The notes: generated from the letters alone by a model not told the origin. DNA of 64,000 nt from Candidatus Latescibacterota bacterium (GCA_965208105.1 OZ242318.1:1536001-1600000), one strand, 5' to 3'; positions 48,983 to 58,637 are shown, counted from the stretch's first letter. Numbers and translations: made by a program.

Positions 48983-50125
48983 TCAGGGAGGGGAAGGGGC
49001 CGGCGCTGGAGCCAGGCGGGTGGCGGCGCTGAGGCGGCGCACGACCTCGGCGGGGTCCCGGGTCCGGTCGAGCAGGTCCATCTGGCGCTGGGACCAGGTG
49101 GGCCGGGAGGCCAGGTCCATGACGCGGTCCAGGTAGGGGCGGCAATCCAGGCGCTCGGAGACCGGCGCGAGGTGGTCCACGAGCTCCCGCACCATATCGG
49201 GAACGGACTTGAGGTCGTGGGTGTTGGAATCCACCAGGCGCGCCTCGAGGCCGTAGCGGGAGGCGTGCCACTTGTTCTGGCGCACGAGCATGGGATGGCA
49301 GTCGTGCTGGTAGGTTCCCTCCTCAACCTGGTCGGAGAGGTCTTTCACCAGGCACTGCACCAGCGCCACCAGGGCGAGAGTATCCTCCAGGGAGCCGGGA
49401 ATATCGCAGATGCGGATTTCCACCGTGCCGAAGCGGTGGTGCGGGCGCACGTCCCACCAGATTTCCCGGATGGACTCGATATAGCCGGTGGCGATGAGGT
49501 GGTTGATCAGCCAGACGTATTCGCTCCAGTTGCGCATGAAGGGGGGCAGCCCGGCGGTGGGCAGGCCCTCCATGACCCGCGAACGCCAGGAGTGCAGCCC
49601 GGTGGTGCGCCCCTCCCAGAAAGGGCTGTTGCACGAAAGGGCGAGCAGGGCGGGCAGGTGGCGCAGGATGCGGTCGCAGATCATGATGGCCTTGTCGCCC
49701 CCGTCCACCCCCACGTGGACGTGGAGCCCGAAGGTGAGAAGCTGGCGGGCGGTGTCCTGCAGCAGGTTGATGAGGCCGTGGTAGCGGTCGTTGGGGGTGA
49801 TGTCCTGGTCCCCCCACCTGGAGAACGGGTGGGTGGCCGACCAGAACAGGCGGGTGTTCGCCGCGTCCGCGGCGGCCTCGACGGCGGCGAGCTTGGGGCG
49901 CAGATCGGCCTCGGCCTCCGAGACGGTGGCGCACACGCCGGTGTTGATTTCCAGGTAGCACTGCATCAGCTCGGGCTTGACGCTTTCCTGCAGGGCCGGC
50001 GGCAGGTGGCCGAGGATTTCCCTGCTGGCGCTCTTCAGGGCCATGGTATTGGCGTCCACCAGGGCCAGCTCGATCTCCACCCCCAGTGTGGGCATGGTGC
50101 TGACGTGGAATTCAAGGTTGCTCAT
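48983..50125 (-). CDS. ybdK: YbdK-family carboxylate-amine ligase (glutamate--cysteine ligase 2)
   Basis: TLGVEIEL, FGLHVHVG, LALS.NSPFW, WWDVRP, GTVEIRICD, NKW.A.RYG. Confidence 0.9.
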   Translation of the reverse strand: MSNLEFHVSTMPTLGVEIELALVDANTMALKSASREILGHLPPALQESVKPELMQCYLEINTGVCATVSEAEADLRPKLAAVEAAADAANTRLFWSATHPFSRWGDQDITPNDRYHGLINLLQDTARQLLTFGLHVHVGVDGGDKAIMICDRILRHLPALLALSCNSPFWEGRTTGLHSWRSRVMEGLPTAGLPPFMRNWSEYVWLINHLIATGYIESIREIWWDVRPHHRFGTVEIRICDIPGSLEDTLALVALVQCLVKDLSDQVEEGTYQHDCHPMLVRQNKWHASRYGLEARLVDSNTHDLKSVPDMVRELVDHLAPVSERLDCRPYLDRVMDLASRPTWSQRQMDLLDRTRDPAEVVRRLSAATRLAPAPAPSPP

Positions 50126-50368
50126 GGAGGTCCTCGGTTGAAAATGTGGTGGCAGAAAGAAGCCCTTCGAAGATGCAGGGTCAAGACGGTGCCGGATCTT
50201 TACCCCTACCCGATTCGGAGCCGGTATTGCCGCGCGAAGTTGACAAAATCAACATTTCGCACAACTATGTCGTTTCAAACGTAGAGGGATTGCGGTCGGG
50301 AGGGCTGTAACGGTCCCGGTCCGCTGTGCACAGGTTCCACGCTCGGCTTTTTTATTCTCAAAGGTGCA

Positions 50369-50926
50369 ATGGCCCGCAAAAAGTCTCGCCAAGATCTCAA
50401 CAGACATCAGAAAGCCGCCCGCCGTCCGGGCGAGGAGCGCGTGGGCCGCGAGATGGTCGGGGAGCTGCTCCAGCTTTCCCGCAGCCCCGACCCGGCCGAG
50501 CGCGAACACGCCGCCTCATTTCTGTGCCCCTGCCACGTGCGCCGCCGCATCGAGGAGGTCTGGGACGCTCTCTTTCGCATGATGGAGGACGAAGACGTGC
50601 GCGTGCGCCGCGCCGCCTGGCATACCCTGGAGGATGGCGGCAAGCCCGACGACCCGCGCCTGGACAGTCTCGTCGACCGCTTGTGGCGGACGGAGACCGA
50701 CCGGCGGGTGCGCAGCTTCGTCGACATGTTTTCCCTCCGGCGCCGCAAAAGGGCCGAGGTGGAGTTCAGGCTGGCCGGCCGCTCGGAGTTCGACCAGCGC
50801 GGCAAGTGCGATTTCTGCGGCAGAGACGGGCAGCGGGTCAGGCGCGACCTGGAAACCCTCATCCCCGCCAACGGCAGCAGCCGCGCCGGGCTCATCTGTC
50901 CGGCCTGTGCCCGGGAATCAGCCTGA
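50369..50926 (+). CDS. HEAT-repeat protein with CPCH motif and C-terminal zinc ribbon
   Basis: DPAEREHAA, LCPCHV, DEDVRVRRAAWHTL, CDFC...CPAC. Confidence 0.75.
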   Translation: MARKKSRQDLNRHQKAARRPGEERVGREMVGELLQLSRSPDPAEREHAASFLCPCHVRRRIEEVWDALFRMMEDEDVRVRRAAWHTLEDGGKPDDPRLDSLVDRLWRTETDRRVRSFVDMFSLRRRKRAEVEFRLAGRSEFDQRGKCDFCGRDGQRVRRDLETLIPANGSSRAGLICPACARESA

Positions 50927-51116
50927 ACCTTCCGCGGGCCTGGCCTGCGGCATTGCAGAGGCAGCAGGGCATTCCGGAGCGGTTGCCCAAGCAAGCTGAA
51001 ATTCCCGCAACTCAAGCACCCTTCCCAATTGTCCTCGCGGCGGAACAGCCTGGGTGCTCTCCAAAGTGGGCGCGCCATCCACTCGCCGAGGGTCTCCTGG
51101 ATCCCGGCTCCACGGC

Positions 51117-51890
51117 CTAGTCTCCCTCCAGCGGCACCACGTCCGCATAGACGTACCCCGGTGACGTGGTGGTGCCATCCTCGATCTCGTCATTTCCATC
51201 TTCCGAAAGTGAAGCGGTTTTCCTGCGGACAATGCGGCCCGGCCTCGCCGCCACCGGCGAGCTGAACATGGGTCCGTCGACGACGCAGGTGTGAAACTCC
51301 CCGTTCTCGCCGAGTGGATCCACCCCGTCTGGCAAGTCCTCCAGGAAGCCGTCATCGAACCAGCGGCCCGCCAAATCTGAGGGAACCCTGGCAGGATCGA
51401 GGGCGGTGACGATGGCGCGCAGACCGGAGTCGATCATCCTGCGGGCGAGCAGGGCGGTGTCCTCGCCCCAGACCGGAAAAACCGGGGTGAATCCGGTCCC
51501 GCTCAGCTTCTCCTCGCGGTAGGCGCGGATGTCTTCCAGGAAAAGGTCCCCGAAGGCCAGGTGGAAGGCGGTCAGGTGTCCGGGCAGGGCCTTCACCCCG
51601 GCGAGGAATTCCTCCATGGCCTCCTCGTAGATCGCGTTCGAGCAGGGATAGGGGATCGGAATCTCGTAAACGGGGACTCCGAGTCTCTCGGCCTGCTCGC
51701 TCAGGACCCACCCCGGAGTAGAGTGAATGGAGACCCGCTCGAAGGTGGTGGTGACGGTGGTGAAAATACCGCGGACGTGGTAGCGTTGCGGCTGCTGCCT
51801 CAGGGCGTGCAGCGCCCAGGCGGAGTCCTTCCCCGAGGACCACGAGACCATTACCGGCGTGGGTCCGGGCTCATTGGTTCGTTCTGACAT
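51117..51890 (-). CDS. adenine nucleotide alpha-hydrolase (MJ0570/Dph6-like ATP pyrophosphatase)
   Basis: SWSSGKDS PP-loop, AFGDLFLEDIR.YRE, DPLGENGEFHT.V.DGPMF. Confidence 0.88.
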   Translation of the reverse strand: MSERTNEPGPTPVMVSWSSGKDSAWALHALRQQPQRYHVRGIFTTVTTTFERVSIHSTPGWVLSEQAERLGVPVYEIPIPYPCSNAIYEEAMEEFLAGVKALPGHLTAFHLAFGDLFLEDIRAYREEKLSGTGFTPVFPVWGEDTALLARRMIDSGLRAIVTALDPARVPSDLAGRWFDDGFLEDLPDGVDPLGENGEFHTCVVDGPMFSSPVAARPGRIVRRKTASLSEDGNDEIEDGTTTSPGYVYADVVPLEGD

Positions 51891-51954
51891 GAAATATTCC
51901 CTCCGGTCTCCCATTACTCATCAAGCGTTGCGGCGGTTTAGAGCATCTGGATTC

Positions 51955-53253
51955 TCACCCGGAACCCTGGCCTACCGCGAAGCGGATGGCGAAGAGCACC
52001 GCCACAACGACCACCGCCGGGTTGAGGTCGCGATGACGGCCTCCCAGGACCTTGACGAGGACGTAGGTGATGAATCCGAGCCCGATCCCGGTGGCGATGG
52101 AATAGGTGAAGGGCATGGCGATGGCGGTGACGATGGCCGGCACCCACTCGGTCAGGTCGTCCCATTCCACGTGGCGCATGGCGCGGGCCATGACGCAGCC
52201 CAGGAACAGGATCGCCGGGGCGGTGGCGTATGCCGGGATGGCGGTGGCCACCGGCGCGAACACCAGGGCCACCAGGAAAAGCCCGGCCACAACCAGGGCG
52301 GTGAGCCCGGTGCGGCCCCCCGACCGCACCCCCGCCGCGCTCTCGATGTAGGAGGTGGTGGTGGAGGTGCCCAGCAAGGCGCCAACCATGGTGGCGGAGC
52401 TGTCGGCCACCAGGGCCCGGCGCAGGCCCGGAACACGGCCGTCGGCGTCCGTCAGCCCGGCCTCGTTGAGGACGGCGACCAGGGTTCCGCTGGTGTCGAA
52501 GAGGTCCACCATCAGGAATGCGAACACGATGGCCAGCAGGCCCACCTCGAGCGCGGCGGCGATGTCAAGATGCAGCGCCGTCGGGGCCAGCGGGGGCGGA
52601 GGGGCCAGCACCGACTCAGGGGCCGGGGACAGGCCTCCGATCCAACCGGCCATTGCCACCGCCAGAATGCAGATCAGCACCGAGCCGGGCACTTTCCAGT
52701 GCTCGAGGGCAACGACTCCGGTGAAACCGAGGGCGGCCAGCACCACGGTCCACCGGGTCAGGTCTCCGAGGGTTACCAGGGTTGCTTCGCTGGCCACCAC
52801 GACCCCGGCGTTGCGCAGGCCGATGATCACCAGGAAGTAGCCGATCCCCGCGGCGATGGCCATCTTCTGCGAGCGCGGAATGCTGTTGACCACCCATTCC
52901 CGCACCGGCAGCACGGAGAGGACCAGCATCAGGAACCCGGAGCAGAAAACCGCGCCCAGGGCGACCTGCCAGGACATGCCCAGGGTGCCCACCGCCACCG
53001 CGGCGAAGTAGGCGTTCAGCCCCATTCCCGGGGCCAGTGCGATGGGATAGTTGGCGTAGAGCCCCATCACCGCGGAGCCGAAGGCGCCGGCCAGGCAGGT
53101 GGCCACCAGCACCGCGCCCGGGTCCATCCCCGCACCCTGCAGGATGAGCGGGTTCACGAAGATGATGTAGGAAAGGGTCAGGAAGGTGGTGCATCCGGCA
53201 AGCACCTCGGTCCGCACCGTCGAGTTGCGCTCTTTCAACCGGAAGTAGCTCAT
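51955..53253 (-). CDS. NCS2/AzgA-family nucleobase (adenine/guanine) permease
   Basis: TEVLAG.TTFLT.SYII.VNP, PGMGLNAYF, DLFDT.GTL, YIESAAGV..GGRTGL, MPFTYSIA. Confidence 0.92.
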   Translation of the reverse strand: MSYFRLKERNSTVRTEVLAGCTTFLTLSYIIFVNPLILQGAGMDPGAVLVATCLAGAFGSAVMGLYANYPIALAPGMGLNAYFAAVAVGTLGMSWQVALGAVFCSGFLMLVLSVLPVREWVVNSIPRSQKMAIAAGIGYFLVIIGLRNAGVVVASEATLVTLGDLTRWTVVLAALGFTGVVALEHWKVPGSVLICILAVAMAGWIGGLSPAPESVLAPPPPLAPTALHLDIAAALEVGLLAIVFAFLMVDLFDTSGTLVAVLNEAGLTDADGRVPGLRRALVADSSATMVGALLGTSTTTSYIESAAGVRSGGRTGLTALVVAGLFLVALVFAPVATAIPAYATAPAILFLGCVMARAMRHVEWDDLTEWVPAIVTAIAMPFTYSIATGIGLGFITYVLVKVLGGRHRDLNPAVVVVAVLFAIRFAVGQGSG

Positions 53254-53368
53254 TTTGCCTGCGCTCCTCTCAGAGTGGGGAAATTTCAAGTCGTGGTCCG
53301 TCGTGGACCAGGCCCTGCGCACGGCACCAATCGATCAGAAGGGCCGGAGCCGCCAACGGGCCGGGCCG

Positions 53369-54175
53369 TCAGGGCTCTCGCACCCGCTCCACACCCAGCC
53401 CCTCCATCCGCGCCGCCATCTTCTCGCGCGCGGCACCTCCCTTCCTCATCATCTCCCTGCTGTAGACGAAGGGCTCCCTGTCGCCCAGGCCCGTCGCCAC
53501 CGTCATGCGCAGCTCTTGGATTGCCAGCAGGTCATTTCCGGGGTCCGGCATGTAGCCGATGAACATGGTCCGACGCGGGCGGCCGTCACCGCGCCGGAAG
53601 GCGGAGTGCCACAGCCGGTTGTCCCACAGCACCACGTCGCCGGGCCTGGTCCGCACGGAAACCGCCCCTGGAACGGCGCGGGGATCGAGATGCAGGCGGG
53701 GCCTTCCGCGGTCCCAGTAACCGCAGGAGCGGAACAGCGCCGCGGAGAACTCCCCGTGGTGGCTTCCGGGAATCAGGTTCAGCGACCCCTGGTCCTCGTC
53801 CTGCTCATCGAGGTATATGGCGGTCTTCAGGGTGACCGTCTGGCGCCCGGGATGTCCGTCGGTGTGCCAGGGGGTATCGTCGCGGTTCGCCCACATGTCG
53901 CTGCCGGCGATGTAGATGCACTCCGTTCCCCAGATGCGGCGCATGGCCTGCATCACCCCGGGATGCTCGATCAGGGCCGCGAAGGAAGGGTCGGCCTGGA
54001 CGAAGGGGCTGAGCATCCTGGTGCCGTTCTCTGCGAAATAGTTGTAGACCGGCGCGCCGGCGATGACGCGGTCGTACGCCCGCTCCAGGTTATCCAATTC
54101 GCCTTCGCTCAGGCAATTCCTCAGCACGATGAACCCGAATGCGCGGAACCGGCCAACATCCTGATCGGACAACAT
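53369..54175 (-). CDS. phytanoyl-CoA dioxygenase (PhyH) family protein
   Basis: WHTD, IPGSH, PGDVVLWDNRLWHS. Confidence 0.88.
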   Translation of the reverse strand: MLSDQDVGRFRAFGFIVLRNCLSEGELDNLERAYDRVIAGAPVYNYFAENGTRMLSPFVQADPSFAALIEHPGVMQAMRRIWGTECIYIAGSDMWANRDDTPWHTDGHPGRQTVTLKTAIYLDEQDEDQGSLNLIPGSHHGEFSAALFRSCGYWDRGRPRLHLDPRAVPGAVSVRTRPGDVVLWDNRLWHSAFRRGDGRPRRTMFIGYMPDPGNDLLAIQELRMTVATGLGDREPFVYSREMMRKGGAAREKMAARMEGLGVERVREP

Positions 54176-54320
54176 GGCTAATTTCCTCCTTCCCGACCCA
54201 GCAAGCAGTATTGGATCCCCGAGGCTTTTTCACCTCGCCGGGAAACCATACATCTCCAATGCAGCCCGATCCACCCCGATTCCCAATCAACCTCGCGATG
54301 AATTCCCCGCCGTTGCCCGA

Positions 54321-55136
54321 CTACAGGTCCAACAGGGAGGGCGGGTCCGCCTCGGGATAGTTGTCGAGATAGCTCTGGATGTACTGCCGCGTAATGGCGG
54401 GCATCTGCCCAAGATGCCCCGGCCGGGTCAATGAATCGCGCTGTCCGTACTCGTGGGTCATCACCGTCGCCTCCGCGTGCCAGAAGGTGCAGTGCATGGT
54501 CCAGCGCTTGCGCCCCTCCGGGTTCCAACCCCGGTGCCACAGGTTGGCGTTGTAGTAGACGATGTCGCCCGGTTCCAGTTCGACGACGAGGGCGTTGGGC
54601 ATCTTCCCCGATTCGCTGCGGGACGCTTCGATCTCCGCCGCGGTCGAAGCCCGCCGGTGACTCCCGGGGACGATGTGAAGAAAGCGGTCCCCGGGAACGA
54701 GCGGTGCGTTGAACTGCGCGAAGCTGCCCTCGTGCCGGAGCAGGTAGGCGGTTTCGTCGGGATCTCCCGGTCTGCCGAGGTCGCGGTGCCATTTCTGGAT
54801 GTACGGGTCCCCGCCGCCCGAGGCGAGCATGCCGAACAGGCTGTGGCGCACGCCCCGGCCGCGGATCAGGGCCGCGAGATGGGGGGCGAGGTCCTCGTCG
54901 ATCCAGTCGGCGAAGGCGGGGTGGTACTTGTCGGGGTTGAGCAGGTGGCTGGTGCGGGACGGCAGACGGCGCGCGCGGTCGATCCATCCCAGCTCGCACT
55001 CTCCCGCAAGCCCCTTGTCGATCATGCCTTCGACCGCTTCGAGAAGCCCCTCCATGCGGGTTTTGGCAAAGGCCTGGCGCAGAACGAGAAACCCCTGTTT
55101 GGCGTAGGTCTCCTTGTCTTTTCCCGAGATCACCAT
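54321..55136 (-). CDS. phytanoyl-CoA dioxygenase (PhyH) family protein
   Basis: WHRD, VPGSH, LEPGDIVYYNANLWHRG. Confidence 0.88.
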   Translation of the reverse strand: MVISGKDKETYAKQGFLVLRQAFAKTRMEGLLEAVEGMIDKGLAGECELGWIDRARRLPSRTSHLLNPDKYHPAFADWIDEDLAPHLAALIRGRGVRHSLFGMLASGGGDPYIQKWHRDLGRPGDPDETAYLLRHEGSFAQFNAPLVPGDRFLHIVPGSHRRASTAAEIEASRSESGKMPNALVVELEPGDIVYYNANLWHRGWNPEGRKRWTMHCTFWHAEATVMTHEYGQRDSLTRPGHLGQMPAITRQYIQSYLDNYPEADPPSLLDL

Positions 55137-55212
55137 CGGAGAAATTGCATCGGGAAACACGGTTATGCCTGGGCCCGATGAGCGCGCGGTCATTCAATCG
55201 AACAGCGGATCA

Positions 55213-55902
55213 TCACCCGGCAGATTCTTCCTCGACAAGGGCGGCGAATCGCTTTTCCACGCGGCCTGTCACCAGCATGACGCCGATGGCGGCGAGCCAC
55301 AACACGAAGGCGGGGCCGGTGATGTAGTGCGCCTCCCTCGCGGCATCGATCCAGATGAGCTGCATGGCTGCGCCGAGGATCGCCGAAACCGGCGCGACCG
55401 GCCGCATGAAGCCACCCGCCCGCCATTGCCGGAGCCCAGCTGCAATAAGCGCCAGGCCAGCCAGGCTGAATCCGACCCTGCCGGTGATCCAGAAGAGGGT
55501 CAGAAGCAGGGTCGTGGTCGGCGCCACCGGGGAAAGGCCATCCACGGTGGAAGGTTCCGGTGCGGCAATCGAGAGAGCTACCCCAATTGCGCCGGACAGG
55601 GCGGTGGCCACTCCGGAGACCCCCAGCAGCACGGGAACCGGCCGCGATCCCAGGCGCCGGCGCATGATCCAGGTGCGCAACAGAAAACATGCTCCCGCGA
55701 ACAGGGTGAGGCCGGAAACGAACCGCGCGGCACCGCCGATCCCGAAGAGCGTCCGGTTGGCCCCGATGGCGGCCAGCGACTGGGCCAGCGCAGTCAGGTC
55801 CGTGGCGCCAACCCGGCCGATGACGGCCACCACGGTGAGGGTTGCGGTAACCAGGAGCAGCCAACCCGCGGTTCGGGCGGCCGGATCGCGTGATGGAATC
55901 AT
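55213..55902 (-). CDS. hypothetical membrane protein (about 6 TM, DUF4386-like)
   Basis: Six hydrophobic segments; SD gaaggg upstream. Confidence 0.7.
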   Translation of the reverse strand: MIPSRDPAARTAGWLLLVTATLTVVAVIGRVGATDLTALAQSLAAIGANRTLFGIGGAARFVSGLTLFAGACFLLRTWIMRRRLGSRPVPVLLGVSGVATALSGAIGVALSIAAPEPSTVDGLSPVAPTTTLLLTLFWITGRVGFSLAGLALIAAGLRQWRAGGFMRPVAPVSAILGAAMQLIWIDAAREAHYITGPAFVLWLAAIGVMLVTGRVEKRFAALVEEESAG

Positions 55903-56120
55903 GATACCCTTCCGTTCATGCGCCTGACGTGAATTCAGCGGTGAACCGCCTCTTCGAGCGCCGATGCCGCTGCGCAATGCCTGCAAAAATAAGGCTCTAT
56001 CTCTACCCCTCTGTCAAGGACTGAACCCACCCAGGGGAGATCAGGTTGAGGCGGTCCCCGCCCAGTTGCACCAGGCGCTGGAAGGGGTAGAAATTGCTGT
56101 GGGTGAACTTGACGCCCCAG

Positions 56121-57053
56121 CTAGAAGCGCTCGCGGGTTGCCCACGCCTTGATGAGGTGATGGGCGATGGCGATGGGCCCCGGCAGGGTCAGCCGTTGGC
56201 TCCTGCCCTCCAGGGCCTGCAGCACCTCCCTGCGCTCGAACCAGTGGACGTCGGACATCTCCTCTTCATCCATGCGGATCGTCGTCGTCTCCGCCTCGGC
56301 GAGACAGCCTATCATCAGGGAGCTGGGAAAGGGCCACGGCTGGGAGGAGTGGTATCTGACGTTCTTCACGCGCACACCGGCTTCCTCCATCACCTCGCGC
56401 GCAACCGCCTCCTCGATGGATTCGCCCTGGTCCACGAAGCCCGCCAGGGCGGAGTACATGCCCATGCGCGACAGGCGGCCGCGCGACTGGCCCAGCAGGC
56501 AGCGGTCCGCGGCCGAGTCGCCTACCACGGTGATGACCACGGGGTCGGTGCGCGGAAAGTGCTGGGCCTGGCAGGCGGGGCATTCGCGCACCTGGCCGCC
56601 GCGCCTGCTCTCGGTGGGATTGCCGCACACGGCGCAGAAGCCGTGCCGGTTGTGCCAGTCCAGGTGGGCCCGGGCGTGGGCCAGGATACCGGCTTCCCGG
56701 CCTTCCAGCAGGCTCCCGGCGGCGCGGCAGTCCTCGAAGCGCCAGGGCGGGTCCTGCCCCTGGGCCCAGGACGTCACCTCCGGGCAAGCGGTCAGGTCCA
56801 TCGCGAAATGCGCCGCTCCATCCGACAAACCCAATAGCAGGGGCATGGCATCGGGCTCCAGCGAGCGCAGCCGGTCCGCGGTGAGCCAACCCAGCCGCGG
56901 CTGCGGGTCACCGGTCAACAGGACCTCGAGATTGCGAAAGGGAATGAACCTGCTGGAGGAGGCGCGCGCCGCGGATTCGATCCAGGCTTCATCCCGCCGT
57001 TCCTGCTCACCGCGGTCGAGGGGATTGCCAGCGAAGGTATGTAGGTGTCTCAC
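56121..57053 (-). CDS. nudC: NAD(+)/NADH diphosphatase NudC
   Basis: FCAVCG Zn finger, FPRTDP, AGFVDQGESIEEAVAREVMEEAG Nudix box, SQPWPFPSSLM. Confidence 0.95.
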   Translation of the reverse strand: MRHLHTFAGNPLDRGEQERRDEAWIESAARASSSRFIPFRNLEVLLTGDPQPRLGWLTADRLRSLEPDAMPLLLGLSDGAAHFAMDLTACPEVTSWAQGQDPPWRFEDCRAAGSLLEGREAGILAHARAHLDWHNRHGFCAVCGNPTESRRGGQVRECPACQAQHFPRTDPVVITVVGDSAADRCLLGQSRGRLSRMGMYSALAGFVDQGESIEEAVAREVMEEAGVRVKNVRYHSSQPWPFPSSLMIGCLAEAETTTIRMDEEEMSDVHWFERREVLQALEGRSQRLTLPGPIAIAHHLIKAWATRERF

Positions 57054-57115
57054 CAGGTGGAATCCATCCTTGTTTTCCTTGAAGAGCGATCATCAAAGAC
57101 CAGTCCGGTCCAGCT

Positions 57116-57344
57116 CCGGACCAAGTGTCCCGTCGCAGAAATATGTCGCCATTATTCCGCCGATCCATCCCGGCTCACGGCGTTGCCTTCACTCGCCGTA
57201 CACCACTGGTACGACTCGCTCAGGCGCCTGGTGAGCCGGGCGCCTCGGCGGCCCAATTTCGTCACCCTATCTCTGCGACGGGACACTAACAGGCAACTTA
57301 CAAAATTCCCACCTTGAGGCAATGGAATCGACAATTGCCTGCCG
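57116..57344. repeat. 229-bp direct repeat R, copy 1 (MITE plus about 55-bp hairpin flank)
   Basis: Matches 58347-58575 with two mismatches seen by eye (gaggcaat vs gaagccat). Confidence 0.9.
57122..57289. mobile_element. MITE copy 2 (inverted relative to copy 1)
   Basis: agtgtcccgtcgcaga ... tctgcgacgggacact TIRs; internal sequence is the reverse complement of 45927-46094. Confidence 0.85.
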
Positions 57345-57570
57345 GGTGGCGGCCTTCGGGTGGCATCTGCTTCCTGCTCTTTCCATCCCCGGCTTCCCGT
57401 GCTTGTTTCAGAGGTCCAGAGGCATAGCGCAGATGGACTTCATCAAGGTACTTCGCTTGTGGTCGAGGGGCGGCCCAAGCAACGATAAGAACAGGAAAAT
57501 TGGAAGGGTAGGGCATAGTTGGATCGGGGAACACCTGAGTAAACAAGCCGTAGAAGAGCAAAATCTTCTA

Positions 57571-57599
57571 TTGACACAACTACGGGATTCCCGTATGTT
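57571..57599 (+). promoter_or_regulatory. TA operon promoter with palindromic operator in the spacer (leaderless)
   Basis: TTGACA-17 bp-TATGTT; palindrome tacggga-t-tcccgta overlapping spacer and -10; ATG 6 bp after the -10 with no SD. Confidence 0.75.
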
Positions 57600-57605
57600 C
57601 ACCTG

Positions 57606-57875
57606 ATGGAATTCGAATGGGATGAGAACAAAGCGGCGATGAATCTGGCCAAACATGGAATTCCGTTTGAATATGCCGCGCGAGTTTTTCTCGATCCCTA
57701 CCGTTTAGAAGAAGAGGACCTGATAGAGTACGAGGAGGAAGTGCGCCATCGCGTCATTGGAATGGTCGATGATCGCGTATTGCTTGTAGTCTATGCAGAA
57801 GGTTTTTCACAAACTCGAATCATCTCTGCCCGGAGGGCAACGCGTCATGAGCGAAGAAAATACCACGAAATTTAG
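57606..57875 (+). CDS. brnT: BrnT-family type II toxin (RNase)
   Basis: MEFEWDENKA..NL.KHGI.F, E.R..VIG, RIISARRA...ER..Y. Confidence 0.9.
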   Translation: MEFEWDENKAAMNLAKHGIPFEYAARVFLDPYRLEEEDLIEYEEEVRHRVIGMVDDRVLLVVYAEGFSQTRIISARRATRHERRKYHEI

Positions 57876-58215
57876 GCTGGACGAAAAGAACCTGCCGCGT
57901 TTGAGCAAGTCCCAAGCGCAACGTCTCGATTCCATGAGTGACGAGGAGATCGAGAAGGCCGCGTTGTCCGATCCCGACAATCCCCCTTTGACTGATGAGG
58001 GACTCGGAGCATTCGAGCGCGTTCCTGACGCCAAGGCGATCCGCAAAGCTCTGCATTTAACTCAGCGCGAATTCGCCATCACATTTCAGCTCTCTTTGGC
58101 GACGGTACGGGACTGGGAACAGGGGCGCTACCAGCCGGATCAGGCGGCCCGTACGCTTCTGCGCGTGATCGCCCGCGACGCCAAAGCGGTCAAGCGCGCC
58201 CTGGAGAGGTCTTAA
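57847..58215 (+). CDS. Cro/XRE HTH antitoxin (HigA/MqsA-like C-terminus)
   Basis: Overlaps brnT; AALSDPDNPPLTDE followed by IRKALHLTQREFA..FQLS..TVRDWEQGR.QP. Confidence 0.85.
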   Translation: MSEENTTKFRLDEKNLPRLSKSQAQRLDSMSDEEIEKAALSDPDNPPLTDEGLGAFERVPDAKAIRKALHLTQREFAITFQLSLATVRDWEQGRYQPDQAARTLLRVIARDAKAVKRALERS

Positions 58216-58346
58216 GCCGGTCACGATAACCCACCGACCAGACTCTGGACCTACGCTTCGAGATCGCGGGTCAGCTGTTCCACCGTTTCTCTCTTCAGAT
58301 TCCTGTAGGTAACACAGTCTTCCCGGAGATCTTTCGGTTCACCGAC
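58192..58346. repeat. 155-bp direct repeat T, copy 1 (antitoxin 3' end plus acyltransferase 3' remnant)
   Basis: About 144/155 identical to 61774-61928 by manual alignment. Confidence 0.9.
58221..58346 (-). pseudogene. 3' fragment of the acyltransferase gene
   Basis: VGEPKDLRED..YRNLKRETVEQLTRDLEA*VQSLVGGLS; TCG>TAG nonsense change; interrupted by the MITE. Confidence 0.8.
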
Positions 58347-58575
58347 CCGGACCAAGTGTCCCGTCGCAGAAATATGTCGCCATTATTCCGCCGATCCATC
58401 CCGGCTCACGGCGTTGCCTTCACTCGCCGTACACCACTGGTACGACTCGCTCAGGCGCCTGGTGAGCCGGGCGCCTCGGCGGCCCAATTTCGTCACCCTA
58501 TCTCTGCGACGGGACACTAACAGGCAACTTACAAAATTCCCACCTTGAAGCCATGGAATCGACAATTGCCTGCCG
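58347..58575. repeat. 229-bp direct repeat R, copy 2 (contains MITE copy 3 at 58353-58520)
   Basis: Near-identical to 57116-57344. Confidence 0.9.
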
Positions 58576-58637
58576 CATGAAGACGGCGCGCAATCGTCCC
58601 ACCGGTAAGCGTCTCCAACTGAGATGTATTGAGAGTG

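Noticed and set aside
53254-53368. Purine riboswitch upstream of the NCS2 permease
   Set aside because: No purine aptamer consensus visible; short gap within a co-directional run
57182-57334. Small ORFs repeated at 57152-57334 and 58383-58565
   Set aside because: They are translations of the MITE/R repeat, not independent genes
57284-57344. attC site / integron cassette array (TAAC followed by an inverted repeat, TA cargo)
   Set aside because: No GTTRRRY at the right end, no unpaired central spacer geometry and no intI; kept only as an unexplained hairpin
57298-57561. 87-aa minus-strand ORF in slot A of unit 1
   Set aside because: Runs into the R repeat and has no recognisable family or good start; probably a gene fragment, so not listed as a CDS
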